NCBI GenBank assembly: GCA_028700655.1
Contig: JAQVSG010000002.1
Span: forward strand, 1-55,843
Direction: 5' to 3'
Length of the DNA: 55,843 nt
DNA from: Caldisericia bacterium
Lineage (GTDB): Bacteria > Caldisericota > Caldisericia > UBA6126
Below the pieces are notes generated by a model. It made no database searches and was not told the DNA's origin. It saw only the letters and a program-made list of their open reading frames with translations. Of the stretch, positions 8,149-17,881 are shown piece after piece (the first letter of the stretch is position 1; every line of letters starts with the position of its first letter). The position numbers and the translations under genes were made by a program.

Positions 8149-8592
8149 CTAGTTGTAGGCAATGCGGGTGGGTTCATCAGAAAGTGTATCCCGTAAGATG
8201 TCGTCCCATTTAGGATCGGCCCATGTTTGTAGCTTTTGGTGCAACGTATAATACTTTTGTGGGATCGGATGGGTCCCGTACACAACTTCGATAGAATATC
8301 GGTTCGTAAGAAAATCTTTGAAATATTCAAGAGAAGGACAGGGAGGATAGCCAACGAGAAATCCCGTCGCAAAATGAATAACAGAAGCTCCATTTTTTAT
8401 CATTTCCTCTGCTGCATATTCTATGTTCCCACCTGGGCAACCATCACAAGAAGTATAGCCTACAATTTCAGCATTTTGGTGCAAATACCTAGAAAAGGCT
8501 CCTTGCCGTTTTTGAAAGGAAGAAAAGCATTTTCCACCAGCGCAACGTCGATACCGATCACAGATAATGATACCTATTTTGTGAATTGACAT
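8149..8592 (-). CDS. CGGC domain-containing protein
   Basis: Motifs are IGIIICDRYRRCAGGKCF and SCDGCPGG. The gene ends 3 nt upstream of the DUF2779 start. Confidence 0.7.
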   Translation of the reverse strand: MSIHKIGIIICDRYRRCAGGKCFSSFQKRQGAFSRYLHQNAEIVGYTSCDGCPGGNIEYAAEEMIKNGASVIHFATGFLVGYPPCPSLEYFKDFLTNRYSIEVVYGTHPIPQKYYTLHQKLQTWADPKWDDILRDTLSDEPTRIAYN

Positions 8593-8647
8593 TTTATCTC
8601 CTTATAACTCAGTACAACATTGTTTTTACATGAATAAATACAATATA

Positions 8648-8675
8648 GTTATGATAGATTGCACCGAATTGTCAA
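8648..8675 (-). promoter_or_regulatory. possible promoter for the CGGC-DUF2779-TCS genes (TTGACA-16 nt-CATAAC)
   Basis: On the minus strand TTGACA is at 8675-8670, with a weak -10 at 8653-8648. Confidence 0.3.
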
Positions 8676-8685
8676 ACAGATCTTT

Positions 8686-9999
8686 TTAAACATTGATTTT
8701 TTGTTTCCATTTTGTGACAGCTTCTTCCCACGATATCAAAGTATTATTAATGTCGAGTTGGGTGTGAGCAGCGGACACAAAGCTCACTTCATAAGGAGAA
8801 GGTGCAATCATAATACCACGTTTGATTAGGGTCGTAAAAAGAGAAGAGAAAATGGTTTCATTGGACTTCAACACATCATTGTAGTCATCAATAGAGGAAG
8901 CATTTGTTAAGAACAGACTAAAGACAGACCCATAGGAGTGTAAAATATGTGGAATCCCATGGTTTTGAAGAATGGTATCCAAACCAAAAGTAAGGGTTTT
9001 GGTTTGATCTTGTATATCATCATACAGGGTGGGTTGATTTTTCAATTCCATCAAAGTAGCTCTTCCAGCAGCCACAGCAATGGGATTACCTGACAAAGTT
9101 CCAGCCTGATATACAGATCCTTGCGGAGCAATCAGGTTCATAATCTCTTCTCTCCCGCCATATGCACCAATGGGAAGGCCTCCACCAATAATCTTTCCCA
9201 ACGTTGTAATATCAGGTTCAATACCTACAATAGATTGCAATCCTCCATAACAAAAACGAAAACCACTGATTACTTCGTCGAGTATAAGTAGAGATCCATA
9301 TTGTATTGTAATTTCTCGAAGCATTTGCAAAAACTTTTCTTTTGGGAAAAGTAATCCCATATTTGCAGGAAAGGGTTCTACAATGATAGCAGCAATATGA
9401 CTGCCATGGTGTTGAAAAAGGGTTTCAACTTGCTCAAAGTTGTTAAAGGAAGCATTTAATGTGCATTGTGCAGTACTAAGGGGAACTCCTGGACTGGAAG
9501 GAATACGTTCGGTTAAAAGTCCCGAGCCAGCTTTCATCAAAAAAGGATCAGCATGTCCATGGTAACATCCTTCAAACTTCAATATCAAGTCTCTTTGTGT
9601 GTAGGCACGGGCCAATCGGATAGCACTCATGGTAGCTTCTGTACCTGAATTAACAAGGCGGATTTTATCCATTGCAGGAAACGCTTCTAGAATCTCTTGG
9701 CAGAAATCTATTTCTTCAAGAGAAGTAGAACCGTATGTGGTTCCTCTTTTCGCAGCACTTTGTATGGCGTTTACAACCGAAGGGTGCGCATGGCCTAGAA
9801 TGAGGGGGCCATACGATGCAATGTAATCGATGTATTCGTTACCATCAATGTCATAGATTTTTGAGCCATTGGCTCTTTCGATAATGACGGGGTCCATGTC
9901 CATATGCTTCCATGCGCGGACAGGACTATTTACGCCTCCAGGTAGTATCTGCAAGGCTCTTTGAAAGGCAGTGTTTGATTCGTCATTTTTCCAGTTCAT
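8686..9999 (-). CDS. hemL: glutamate-1-semialdehyde 2,1-aminomutase
   Basis: Full-length class III PLP enzyme with typical HemL motifs (GGVNSPVRA, LILDEVISGFR, TLGKIIGGGLPIGAYGG). Confidence 0.93.
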   Translation of the reverse strand: MNWKNDESNTAFQRALQILPGGVNSPVRAWKHMDMDPVIIERANGSKIYDIDGNEYIDYIASYGPLILGHAHPSVVNAIQSAAKRGTTYGSTSLEEIDFCQEILEAFPAMDKIRLVNSGTEATMSAIRLARAYTQRDLILKFEGCYHGHADPFLMKAGSGLLTERIPSSPGVPLSTAQCTLNASFNNFEQVETLFQHHGSHIAAIIVEPFPANMGLLFPKEKFLQMLREITIQYGSLLILDEVISGFRFCYGGLQSIVGIEPDITTLGKIIGGGLPIGAYGGREEIMNLIAPQGSVYQAGTLSGNPIAVAAGRATLMELKNQPTLYDDIQDQTKTLTFGLDTILQNHGIPHILHSYGSVFSLFLTNASSIDDYNDVLKSNETIFSSLFTTLIKRGIMIAPSPYEVSFVSAAHTQLDINNTLISWEEAVTKWKQKINV

Positions 10000-10022
10000 G
10001 GCAACCTCTCATTTCTTTTTAT

Positions 10023-10505
10023 CTACAGTGTATATTGCATACTTGTTTTTTTCCACTCTTTAATGCTCTTTAATACGATATAGTCGATGCAATAAAAAAG
10101 CTTGGACAATTCGTGAATACGGTTATTTAACTTTTGTTCTGTACGTTCATGGATCATAGTAAACAAGGGATACGGAAAGGCATCCGGACACGATCGGAAA
10201 TAACAATGGCTTACACTCAAGTTTGTTTTCACTACTTCAGCAACCAATGAAGAAGAAGATGGTGAAACAGCCCAAGCGACGAGGGCATTGTAGGTGTATC
10301 CAACAGAATGGTGGTATAAAATCGCACCCAATCTTTTTATAAACCCTTGGTCAATAAGGAACTGGATTCGTTGGACGATTTCATTCTCGGTCATTCGTAG
10401 TCGTTGGGATAATTCTTTGTAAGGACGTTCACAAACAGGGATTTCCAGTTGCAAGAATTCAAGAATGGAACGATCAATGTTTTGTAGAGAGTATTTACTT
10501 GACAT
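10023..10505 (-). CDS. siroheme decarboxylase subunit (AhbA/AhbB, NirD/L/G/H-like Lrp/AsnC fold)
   Basis: A 160-aa Lrp/AsnC-like protein (ILEFLQ...CERPYKELSQRL...GFIKRLGAI), paired with a paralog and embedded in the haem operon. Confidence 0.75.
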   Translation of the reverse strand: MSSKYSLQNIDRSILEFLQLEIPVCERPYKELSQRLRMTENEIVQRIQFLIDQGFIKRLGAILYHHSVGYTYNALVAWAVSPSSSSLVAEVVKTNLSVSHCYFRSCPDAFPYPLFTMIHERTEQKLNNRIHELSKLFYCIDYIVLKSIKEWKKTSMQYTL

Positions 10506-10938
10506 TGAATTGTACCTTGGATTTTAGTTTCGTTGTAGATGGGAATGATAATACCTTGTAACCAATCATGGAAGAGATTTTTTTAAGTTCTTGATCAAAA
10601 ATTTCTTCCTTTTCAATGAATGTGAACCACAACGAAAGCTCGTGGTCTCTTTGATAATTGTGAGTGATGGAAGAAGAATCATGCAATATTTCGGCAACGC
10701 GGGGTATATCCTCGAAAGGAACTTTCGCAGCACATAATGTCGACCGATACCCAAGCATATTGGACTGAAGAATACCTCCTATGCGACGAATGATATGGTT
10801 ATCATGGAGTCGTTGAATACGATTCAAACATTGTTGTACCGGAATTTGGAGTTTTTCGGCTATGTCTTCATAAGGTGCAGTCGTGATTGGAAAAGATGTT
10901 TGTAGAATATGGAGGAGTTGTATGTCGACTTCATCCAT
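10495..10938 (-). CDS. siroheme decarboxylase subunit (AhbA/AhbB-type)
   Basis: MDEVDIQLLHILQTSFPITTAPYEDIAEKL...IIRRIGGIL. I chose the start at ATG 10938, just after the upstream stop (10940-10942). The 5' extension in the ORF track overlaps the preceding gene. Confidence 0.75.
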   Translation of the reverse strand: MDEVDIQLLHILQTSFPITTAPYEDIAEKLQIPVQQCLNRIQRLHDNHIIRRIGGILQSNMLGYRSTLCAAKVPFEDIPRVAEILHDSSSITHNYQRDHELSLWFTFIEKEEIFDQELKKISSMIGYKVLSFPSTTKLKSKVQFNVK

Positions 10939-10939
10939 T

Positions 10940-11932
10940 TTATGGCATTTCATTGGGTATATAATCGCAATAGGGATCTTCAGACATATAATCACCAGAA
11001 ACATAGTACGCTCGTGCTCTACATCCACCGCATTTTTTTCGGTACGCACATTGACTACACTTTCCTGTGTATTCTTCGGTTCGTAAACGTTGTAAATGGG
11101 GATTATCTCGCCATATCACATCAAAAGGAGTTTCCCTAACATTGCCCAAAGGGATATCCAGGTACGCACAAGGCTGCACGTTACCAATGGGGCTTACAAT
11201 ACAGTACCGTAGTCCTGCTAAGCAGCCTCTTGTGAATCGTGTTGATACGTCATTTTGCTCAGCAATACGAACAAACTGTGGGGCACAAGTGGGTTTCAAT
11301 TCGATGGGACAATTGACTTGCCTACGGATAATGTTCGTCAGTATTGTTTCATATTGATGAACAGGAACAATTTGATCTTCAATTGCAATGCCTCGTCCTG
11401 TGGGAACTAAAAAAAAGATATGATGAGCCTTTGCCCCGATTTGAATGGCAAAATCTGTCATTGCATCCAGTTCATGAGCATTCCATTTCATAATGGTGGT
11501 ATGGATTTGAAAAGGGACCTGTGCAATTTTTAAATTTTCAAAGCCTTCCATAACTTTATCGAAAGCATTGTTTTTCTTACGAAAATCATTGTACTTTTCT
11601 GCTGATAAACTATCCAAACTAACCCCAGCAGCAAGAAAGCCTGACTGTTTCAAAGAATTTGCCACTTCTTTTGTGATCAAACTTCCGTTTGTACCAAGCA
11701 CAGGTCTCAAACCGATGGAGGAGGCATAACTTCCCAATTCAAAGAGATCAGGACGCATTAAAGGCTCACCACCGCTGAATATCATGATCTGGAATCCAGC
11801 CTTTTTTATCTCTAGAATCATTTTCTTCGCTTCGTCGGTTTGTAACTCGTGTTTCGCTTTTAAGCCTGAGTCACGATAACAGTGACTGCAATACATGTTA
11901 CATTGATTGGTACTGTTCCATGAAACCAGCAT
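10940..11932 (-). CDS. radical SAM/SPASM enzyme, AhbC/AhbD (NirJ-like) family; probably Fe-coproporphyrin III synthase-type
   Basis: The CX3CX2C motif is CNMYCSHCY, followed by FSGGEPL and a C-terminal Cys-rich SPASM region (CSQCAYRKKCGGCRARA). The AhbC versus AhbD assignment cannot be resolved by eye. Confidence 0.7.
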   Translation of the reverse strand: MLVSWNSTNQCNMYCSHCYRDSGLKAKHELQTDEAKKMILEIKKAGFQIMIFSGGEPLMRPDLFELGSYASSIGLRPVLGTNGSLITKEVANSLKQSGFLAAGVSLDSLSAEKYNDFRKKNNAFDKVMEGFENLKIAQVPFQIHTTIMKWNAHELDAMTDFAIQIGAKAHHIFFLVPTGRGIAIEDQIVPVHQYETILTNIIRRQVNCPIELKPTCAPQFVRIAEQNDVSTRFTRGCLAGLRYCIVSPIGNVQPCAYLDIPLGNVRETPFDVIWRDNPHLQRLRTEEYTGKCSQCAYRKKCGGCRARAYYVSGDYMSEDPYCDYIPNEMP

Positions 11933-11935
11933 GCG

Positions 11936-12916
11936 TTATCCTTTCTGTAAGCTATTTATTACATCAATAGCAGAGTATGAAATGATGATATCAGCTCCAG
12001 CTCTTTTCATCGACAACAAGGTTTCCAATACAATTTGGTCATATTGAATCCAACCTTGCATTGCAGCAGCTTTCATCATGGAATATTCTCCACTTACGCT
12101 ATATGCCACAATTGGTTGTGGGGTAAAAGGTCTAAGTTTTGCAATAATATCTAGATAGGCAAGAGCAGGTTTCACAATGATCATATCGGCTCCTTCTTCG
12201 ATATCAGAGGTTGCTTCAAGAAAAGCTTCTCGGGATCGTGCAAAATCCATTTGATATGTTTTTCGATCACCAAATGTAGGGGCACATTCTGCGGCATCAC
12301 GGAAAGGCCCATAATAACTCGAAGCATATTTCACTGAATATGACAAAATAGGTGTCATTTCAAATCCTTCTTGGTCAAGAAGGGTACGAATATGGCTTAC
12401 CCTACCATCCATCATATCAGAAGGAGCAACCATATCCGCTCCTGCTTTGGCATGAGAAAGAGCAATTTTCGCGATGCTGCGACAGGATTCGTCGTTGCAT
12501 ATTACTCCTTCCTTGTTGACAATTCCACAATGACCTGATGTTGTATAGCTACAAAGACAAACATCGCTGATGATACATAGCTCTGGGATGGCGTTCTTGA
12601 TCTCCTGGATGGCATTTTGTACGATACCATCAGTTTTATAGGCATGAACTCCATGTTCTTCCTTTTTTGCAGGAACACCAAAAATCAGGATTGACCGAAT
12701 GCCTTTTTCGTATACTTCTTGGGCGTACTTTGCAATGTGGGAAAGTGGATGTTGAAAAATAGATGGCATAGAAGGTATTGATCTTGGCTCGGAAATACCC
12801 TCTGCTACGAAGATAGGGTATATAAGATCGGTAGGATGGAGATGTACATCTTGTACCAATTTTCGTATAGTTGAGCTTTGACGCAAACGACGCAAACGAT
12901 GAATGGGATAGGTCAT
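11936..12916 (-). CDS. hemB: porphobilinogen synthase (delta-aminolevulinate dehydratase)
   Basis: HRLRRLR, the Zn site DVCLCSYTSGHCG, and VAPSDMMDGR / IVKPA with the Schiff-base lysines. The start at 12916 forms an ATGA overlap with the upstream stop. Confidence 0.92.
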   Translation of the reverse strand: MTYPIHRLRRLRQSSTIRKLVQDVHLHPTDLIYPIFVAEGISEPRSIPSMPSIFQHPLSHIAKYAQEVYEKGIRSILIFGVPAKKEEHGVHAYKTDGIVQNAIQEIKNAIPELCIISDVCLCSYTTSGHCGIVNKEGVICNDESCRSIAKIALSHAKAGADMVAPSDMMDGRVSHIRTLLDQEGFEMTPILSYSVKYASSYYGPFRDAAECAPTFGDRKTYQMDFARSREAFLEATSDIEEGADMIIVKPALAYLDIIAKLRPFTPQPIVAYSVSGEYSMMKAAAMQGWIQYDQIVLETLLSMKRAGADIIISYSAIDVINSLQKG

Positions 12917-14100
12917 TTTACGGTATCCTTTTTGGCGATCATTTCTTTGGAAAGATAACAAGCGGGATCTTCGTCCCAAATATCTCCTTGAATCGATTTA
13001 GCACGGATTCGACAACCAGCACATAAAGTCTTGTAATCACAATCCCCACATTTTCCTTTTACATGTTGGGCTTTGTTGCGTAATTTATCCATCAGTGGGT
13101 GGGGCCTATTCCAAACAACACTAAATGGTGTATCGCGGATATTCCCAATGGATACATCTTGCCAAAACTGACATGGATGTACATCGCCGGTGGGACCTAC
13201 ATTGCTAAATTTTGTACCCGCTGAACAACCTCCATGAAGGGTAAGTAATTTCAAAATCTCTTGAGAACGCTCCGGTTGTGCCTTCAACACTTTTTGATAG
13301 AGATAAATGCCATCGGCATGATTGTCAGTGGTAAGAACTTCAGTTTGAATACCACGTTTTGCAAAATCATACACTCGTTGGCAAATATATTCTACAACAG
13401 TTTGCATTTCTTCGTGAGAAAGGTCCTCCATTGCTGAATCAACAGCTCTTCCAGCATAAACAAGGTGGTAAATACAAAAACGAGGAATATTTTCTTTTTC
13501 TACAAGATCAAAAATATAGGGCAAGTCGTGAAAGTTAGACTTGGTAAGGGTCATCCGAATCCCTGTTTTTAACCCTACTTTTTGGGATTCTCGTATGCCT
13601 TGCAATGCAGCATAAAATGAACCTTTCTTGTTTCTAAAGTAATCGTGTGTCTCTGGTTTTCCGTCAATACTTACACCTACATACATGATACCGGAGTCTT
13701 TTAATTGTTCGGCTATAGAAGGCGTAATTAAGGTACCATTGGTAGACAATACAGGTCGTAGTCCTTTTGTAGAAGCCAACAGGATAAGTTCGAATAAATC
13801 CTTGCGCATCAAAGGTTCCCCGCCTGAGAATAAAAGAACGGGTACTTGCGAGTCTGCTAAATCTTGTATAAACACCTTTGCTTCTTCAGTTGTAATCTCA
13901 TTTTCATACGATTGGTCCTCGGCGTTAATATAGCAATGACGGCACCGTAGATTGCATCGATTGGTTGCATTCCATACTACCAAAGGTCTGTTGATATCAG
14001 AGAATTGTAGAAGATGAGGAGGGATATTTTTCTGGTGTTGTTTTTGGATCACCTCTGAAACCGTTGCAGTGCCACATAATAACTTTGTAAATCCTATCAT
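12913..14100 (-). CDS. radical SAM/SPASM enzyme, AhbD/NirJ2-like (probable haem synthase)
   Basis: N-terminal IGFTKLLCGT, radical SAM motif CNLRCRHCY, FSGGEPL, and SPASM motif GKCGDCDYKTLCAGCRIRA. It lies between cobA/hemD and hemB. Confidence 0.7.
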   Translation of the reverse strand: MIGFTKLLCGTATVSEVIQKQHQKNIPPHLLQFSDINRPLVVWNATNRCNLRCRHCYINAEDQSYENEITTEEAKVFIQDLADSQVPVLLFSGGEPLMRKDLFELILLASTKGLRPVLSTNGTLITPSIAEQLKDSGIMYVGVSIDGKPETHDYFRNKKGSFYAALQGIRESQKVGLKTGIRMTLTKSNFHDLPYIFDLVEKENIPRFCIYHLVYAGRAVDSAMEDLSHEEMQTVVEYICQRVYDFAKRGIQTEVLTTDNHADGIYLYQKVLKAQPERSQEILKLLTLHGGCSAGTKFSNVGPTGDVHPCQFWQDVSIGNIRDTPFSVVWNRPHPLMDKLRNKAQHVKGKCGDCDYKTLCAGCRIRAKSIQGDIWDEDPACYLSKEMIAKKDTVK

Positions 14101-14108
14101 AATAACCT

Positions 14109-15644
14109 CTATTTCTTAATGGGTTTCAAAATTTGAACGATTGTGTCACACAGTCCTTTAATGGTATATTCTTCGGACACAATGGGCTCCATCACTCCAT
14201 GATTTTTAGCAGCCTTGGCAGTAATGGGCCCGATACAAATACAGGGAATGTTGGAAGGTATGTTTGTCATCGTACTGGGAAGGCTTTGAAAAAAGCCATG
14301 CACGCAAGAAGCACTTGTAAAGGTAATAGCATCGAGTTTTTGTGAAAATAGTTTCTCTATTTGATTGTCTGTACACTTTGTTTCGTAAACAGCTTCATAA
14401 AGATGATGTTCATGGACACGGCATTGACTTTTTTCAAGCGTATCTATTAGAAATGGTCGGGCGTTTTTAGCCCGGGGAAACAATACAGAATCTCCTGGTT
14501 GAATTCTATCCTTTAAGGCTTCCCATAAAGATTCTGCAACAAAGGAAACAGGAATGATATCAGGAACGATTCCATGTTTTTCAATTTCTTCTTTGGTAGA
14601 AGGACCAATGCATGCAATTTGATTGGAGTGTAACGCACGTGCATCCATATTTCTTTGAGAGAGCTCTTCGAAAAAGATTTTTACACTATTCACGCTAGAA
14701 AAAAGGATCCAGCTAAATGAAGAAATAGAATGAAGATCATTCTTAAAAGAATCACTTAAAGGTAATCTCCGAATTTCGATAGAGGGTATAGAGACCACAT
14801 TCGCTCCAAGGTGTTTTAACCGTTCTCTCAGTGGACTCTCCTGATCTTTTGCTCGAGTTACTAAAATAGTTTTATTCCATAGCGGTCGTTGGTCAAACCA
14901 AGAAATGGACGTGCGAAGAGAAACGGTCTTTCCAATGACAATAATAGAAGGCGGATGAATATTTTCTTCGTACACGCGAGACTGAATATTTTCTAATGTT
15001 CCTACTACAGTCCGTTGATGAGGAGTAGTTCCTTCCTCAATAACAGCAACGGGAGTATTTTTGTCTTTTCCCACGGAGAGTAGGTGACTTACGATAGTGG
15101 GAAGATTGCGGATTCCCATTAAAATAACCAAAGTGTCCACACCATGGGCAATATGCTCCCATGGATAGTCATCAATGGAAGATTCATCCTGTGTATGTCC
15201 CGTAATGACAGAAAAACTCGTAGAGATTCCTCGATGCGTAACAGGGATACCAGCATATTCTGCAACAGCAATAGCGGAAGTGATGCCCGGAACAATCTGA
15301 AAATCGATATCATGTTGCTTGAGAAATAAAGCTTCTTCTCCTCCACGACCAAACACAAAAGGATCTCCTCCTTTCAACCGTACAATCGTTTTGTCAGGAT
15401 GCGCATATTGTAAAAGAACGTTGTGGATATCACTCTGAGAAACACTATCTCCATTGGGGTTTTTACCAACATAAATACATCTAGCTTTTGGAGGGAACAA
15501 GTCTTGTATTTCTTGACTAACCAATCGATCATATATAATGACATCGGCATTGTCAATCAGTTCTTTCGCCTTTACGGTCAAAAGTTTGGGATCTCCTGGT
15601 CCAACACCTACTAAATAAACGTTTGGTTGTTCACTTTGTCGCAT
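14109..15644 (-). CDS. cobA/hemD: bifunctional uroporphyrinogen-III C-methyltransferase / uroporphyrinogen-III synthase
   Basis: The N-terminal SUMT domain has VYLVGVGPGDPKLLT, VVRLKGGDPFVFGRGGEE and VPGITS. The C-terminal ~250 aa are HemD-like. Confidence 0.9.
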   Translation of the reverse strand: MRQSEQPNVYLVGVGPGDPKLLTVKAKELIDNADVIIYDRLVSQEIQDLFPPKARCIYVGKNPNGDSVSQSDIHNVLLQYAHPDKTIVRLKGGDPFVFGRGGEEALFLKQHDIDFQIVPGITSAIAVAEYAGIPVTHRGISTSFSVITGHTQDESSIDDYPWEHIAHGVDTLVILMGIRNLPTIVSHLLSVGKDKNTPVAVIEEGTTPHQRTVVGTLENIQSRVYEENIHPPSIIVIGKTVSLRTSISWFDQRPLWNKTILVTRAKDQESPLRERLKHLGANVVSIPSIEIRRLPLSDSFKNDLHSISSFSWILFSSVNSVKIFFEELSQRNMDARALHSNQIACIGPSTKEEIEKHGIVPDIIPVSFVAESLWEALKDRIQPGDSVLFPRAKNARPFLIDTLEKSQCRVHEHHLYEAVYETKCTDNQIEKLFSQKLDAITFTSASCVHGFFQSLPSTMTNIPSNIPCICIGPITAKAAKNHGVMEPIVSEEYTIKGLCDTIVQILKPIKK

Positions 15645-16557
15645 TGTTTTCCATTTCTTGTAAAATAGTGTTTAAGCCTTTGTTGCATAAATCTTTAAAT
15701 GCTTTTTTGGCAACTTTCTTCCATTCTTTTGCAAGGCCGTTTTGTATGGTTTCGCATTTTATCTTTCCATCTACAGAGACAATACAAGCCTGCAGTTCGA
15801 TGGTGTCTTGTTGTATTGTTGCAAGAGCTCCGAAGGGGGTATGGCAACCTCCCCCAATAAGAGAAAGTAAAGTTCTTTCACAGGAAGTTTCTTGCCATGT
15901 TTTTGAATGATTGATGCAGGTGACTACTTCGTGGATAGGTGAATCTTTCAATGTTTCCATAGCGATAGCACCTTGACCAGGTGAGGGTATCATCACAGAA
16001 TACGGTAAGATAGACTGAATATGGGATTCCATATTGCATCTCTTTAAGCCAGAAACAGCCATTATGGTACCGTCAATTGTACCTATCATGCACTTATTAA
16101 AACGTGTTTGAACATTTCCTCGGATGGGTACGCATAGTAGATCTGGCCTATACGACAAAAGAAAAGCTCTTCGACGAACACTAGAAGTTGCTATAACTCC
16201 GCCATAGGGAATATCGTCAATGGATGTATAATGGCAGGAAAGAAAAGCATCACGGGGATCTTCTCGCGGGAGTACTCCAGATAGAAAAAAAGGAGAAGAA
16301 AGAACCACGGGAAGGTCTTTTAAGCTATGAACAGCAATGTCAATTTCTTTTTTCTGTAAGGATTTCTCAATTTCTTCTGTGAAAACTCCTTTTCCTCCTA
16401 TTACAGATAGACATTCTTCTTGATTTCGATCTCCGGAAGTATCAAAGGGAATGATTTCAACGTTGGATAGTCCTTTTTTTTGGAGTTCTGCCTTTACCAG
16501 CTCCGATTGTTTGATGGCTAAAATACTTTTCCTTGACCCAATGCGAATTTTAGTCAT
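15631..16557 (-). CDS. hemC: hydroxymethylbilane synthase (porphobilinogen deaminase)
   Basis: IRIGSRKSILA, AVHSLKDLP, IRGNVQTR, and the cofactor Cys in GGGCHTP. The start at ATG 16557 overlaps the hemA end by 8 nt. Confidence 0.92.
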   Translation of the reverse strand: MTKIRIGSRKSILAIKQSELVKAELQKKGLSNVEIIPFDTSGDRNQEECLSVIGGKGVFTEEIEKSLQKKEIDIAVHSLKDLPVVLSSPFFLSGVLPREDPRDAFLSCHYTSIDDIPYGGVIATSSVRRRAFLLSYRPDLLCVPIRGNVQTRFNKCMIGTIDGTIMAVSGLKRCNMESHIQSILPYSVMIPSPGQGAIAMETLKDSPIHEVVTCINHSKTWQETSCERTLLSLIGGGCHTPFGALATIQQDTIELQACIVSVDGKIKCETIQNGLAKEWKKVAKKAFKDLCNKGLNTILQEMENNATK

Positions 16558-17881
16558 AGTTTTTCGGTGCATCCAGAATTGTAGTGTTTTTTTTGTATTC
16601 ACTTTTTGTCAAAGCTTCAAGGTGAAAAAGTTGGCGCAGAAGCAGTATTGAATCCATAGAATGACCCGTAGATAGGATGTGGTTCTTAGCTTCTTCAATG
16701 GGATAGTGTAAAATTCCATATGTAATAGAATGAGCCAGATCGGTCAATATTCGTTCCTGGATCTCCGTGAGAGTTCCAAAACGACGTATAGCACGGGATA
16801 ACTCCTTATTTTTTATGGATTCAGAGAAGTCTTTAAGAGCCTGTATTGTAGAATCCATATGTTTAGTTTGGAACCATTTTGAAAAACTCTGGAGTTCTTC
16901 TTGAATACAATGAGATACCTTTTGTATCTCATTGGTACGGTTTTTCATGGCATTCTGGATTCGCGTAGCGAGCGTATCCATATCAATCAATTCAATTCCT
17001 GGAAACGCTTCTACGTCAGGTGAAATACTTCTCGGAACAGATAGGTCTATAAAAACTCTGGGTTGTGATGCAATTTGCAATTCTAAGGAGGCAATGGTTT
17101 CTTTAGTAAGAAAAGGTTGATCTGTTTTTATGCAACTAATCACGATATTAATGGTGTGAATGATTGTGTGAACATGTTGTAATAAAACAATATTGACAGA
17201 GGAATCAATATCCTGAACCCACTTCATTTTTTGGGGATTACGGCAAGCAACGGTAATGGAGTGAGGGTCCTTTTTTAAAAGAGTTTTAACAACATCGGTT
17301 GCCATTTCTCCAGAACCAAGAACAAGTATGTTACAATCTCGAAAAGAAGAAAACTTCTCCTTGCAGATATCTGCGCACAGACCGGGGTAGGATAAAGAAT
17401 GTTGATTGATTTCGGTATTTGTTCGTACCTTTTTACCCACATGAATGGCAGTTTGAAACAAAGAATGCAGAACTTTGTCAGCAGACTCAATATCCACAGA
17501 TTTTTGATAGGCATTGCGGATTTGATGTAGAATTTGATCTTCTCCGAGCAGCAAAGAATCTAGACCCGCTGCAACATGAAAAAGATGTTCAACAGCTTGG
17601 ATACATTGGTATTCTACGAAGCATTGATAAAATTCTTCTGGGGATAAGGTAGTAGAAGAAAAGAAAATGGTTTGAAGAAAGTTTTTTGCTATTTCAATCT
17701 GATCCGTTGAGATGTAGATTTCAAAACGGTTACACGTGTAAAGGAGTACACAACCACGTATATGATCAGAACTCATAATCGTTTTGTATAACCCATCACT
17801 ATTCGATTCTAATGAGGAAATCTTTTCTCGCAATTTAAAAGACGCTGTTTTATGGTTTAACGCAAGCGCGTAGATATGCAA
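16550..17881 (-). CDS. hemA: glutamyl-tRNA reductase
   Basis: LNHKTASFKLREK, the catalytic Cys in LYTCNRFE, and the NADPH site LVLGSGEMA. Confidence 0.92.
   Translation of the reverse strand: MHIYALALNHKTASFKLREKISSLESNSDGLYKTIMSSDHIRGCVLLYTCNRFEIYISTDQIEIAKNFLQTIFFSSTTLSPEEFYQCFVEYQCIQAVEHLFHVAAGLDSLLLGEDQILHQIRNAYQKSVDIESADKVLHSLFQTAIHVGKKVRTNTEINQHSLSYPGLCADICKEKFSSFRDCNILVLGSGEMATDVVKTLLKKDPHSITVACRNPQKMKWVQDIDSSVNIVLLQHVHTIIHTINIVISCIKTDQPFLTKETIASLELQIASQPRVFIDLSVPRSISPDVEAFPGIELIDMDTLATRIQNAMKNRTNEIQKVSHCIQEELQSFSKWFQTKHMDSTIQALKDFSESIKNKELSRAIRRFGTLTEIQERILTDLAHSITYGILHYPIEEAKNHILSTGHSMDSILLLRQLFHLEALTKSEYKKNTTILDAPKNYD

Noticed and set aside
10940-14100. The two radical SAM/SPASM genes as possible RiPP or peptide-maturase systems
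   Set aside because: They are embedded among hemA/B/C/D/L, sirC and the AhbA/B-like genes, and no precursor-peptide-like small ORF is adjacent. The NirJ/Ahb family context explains them.
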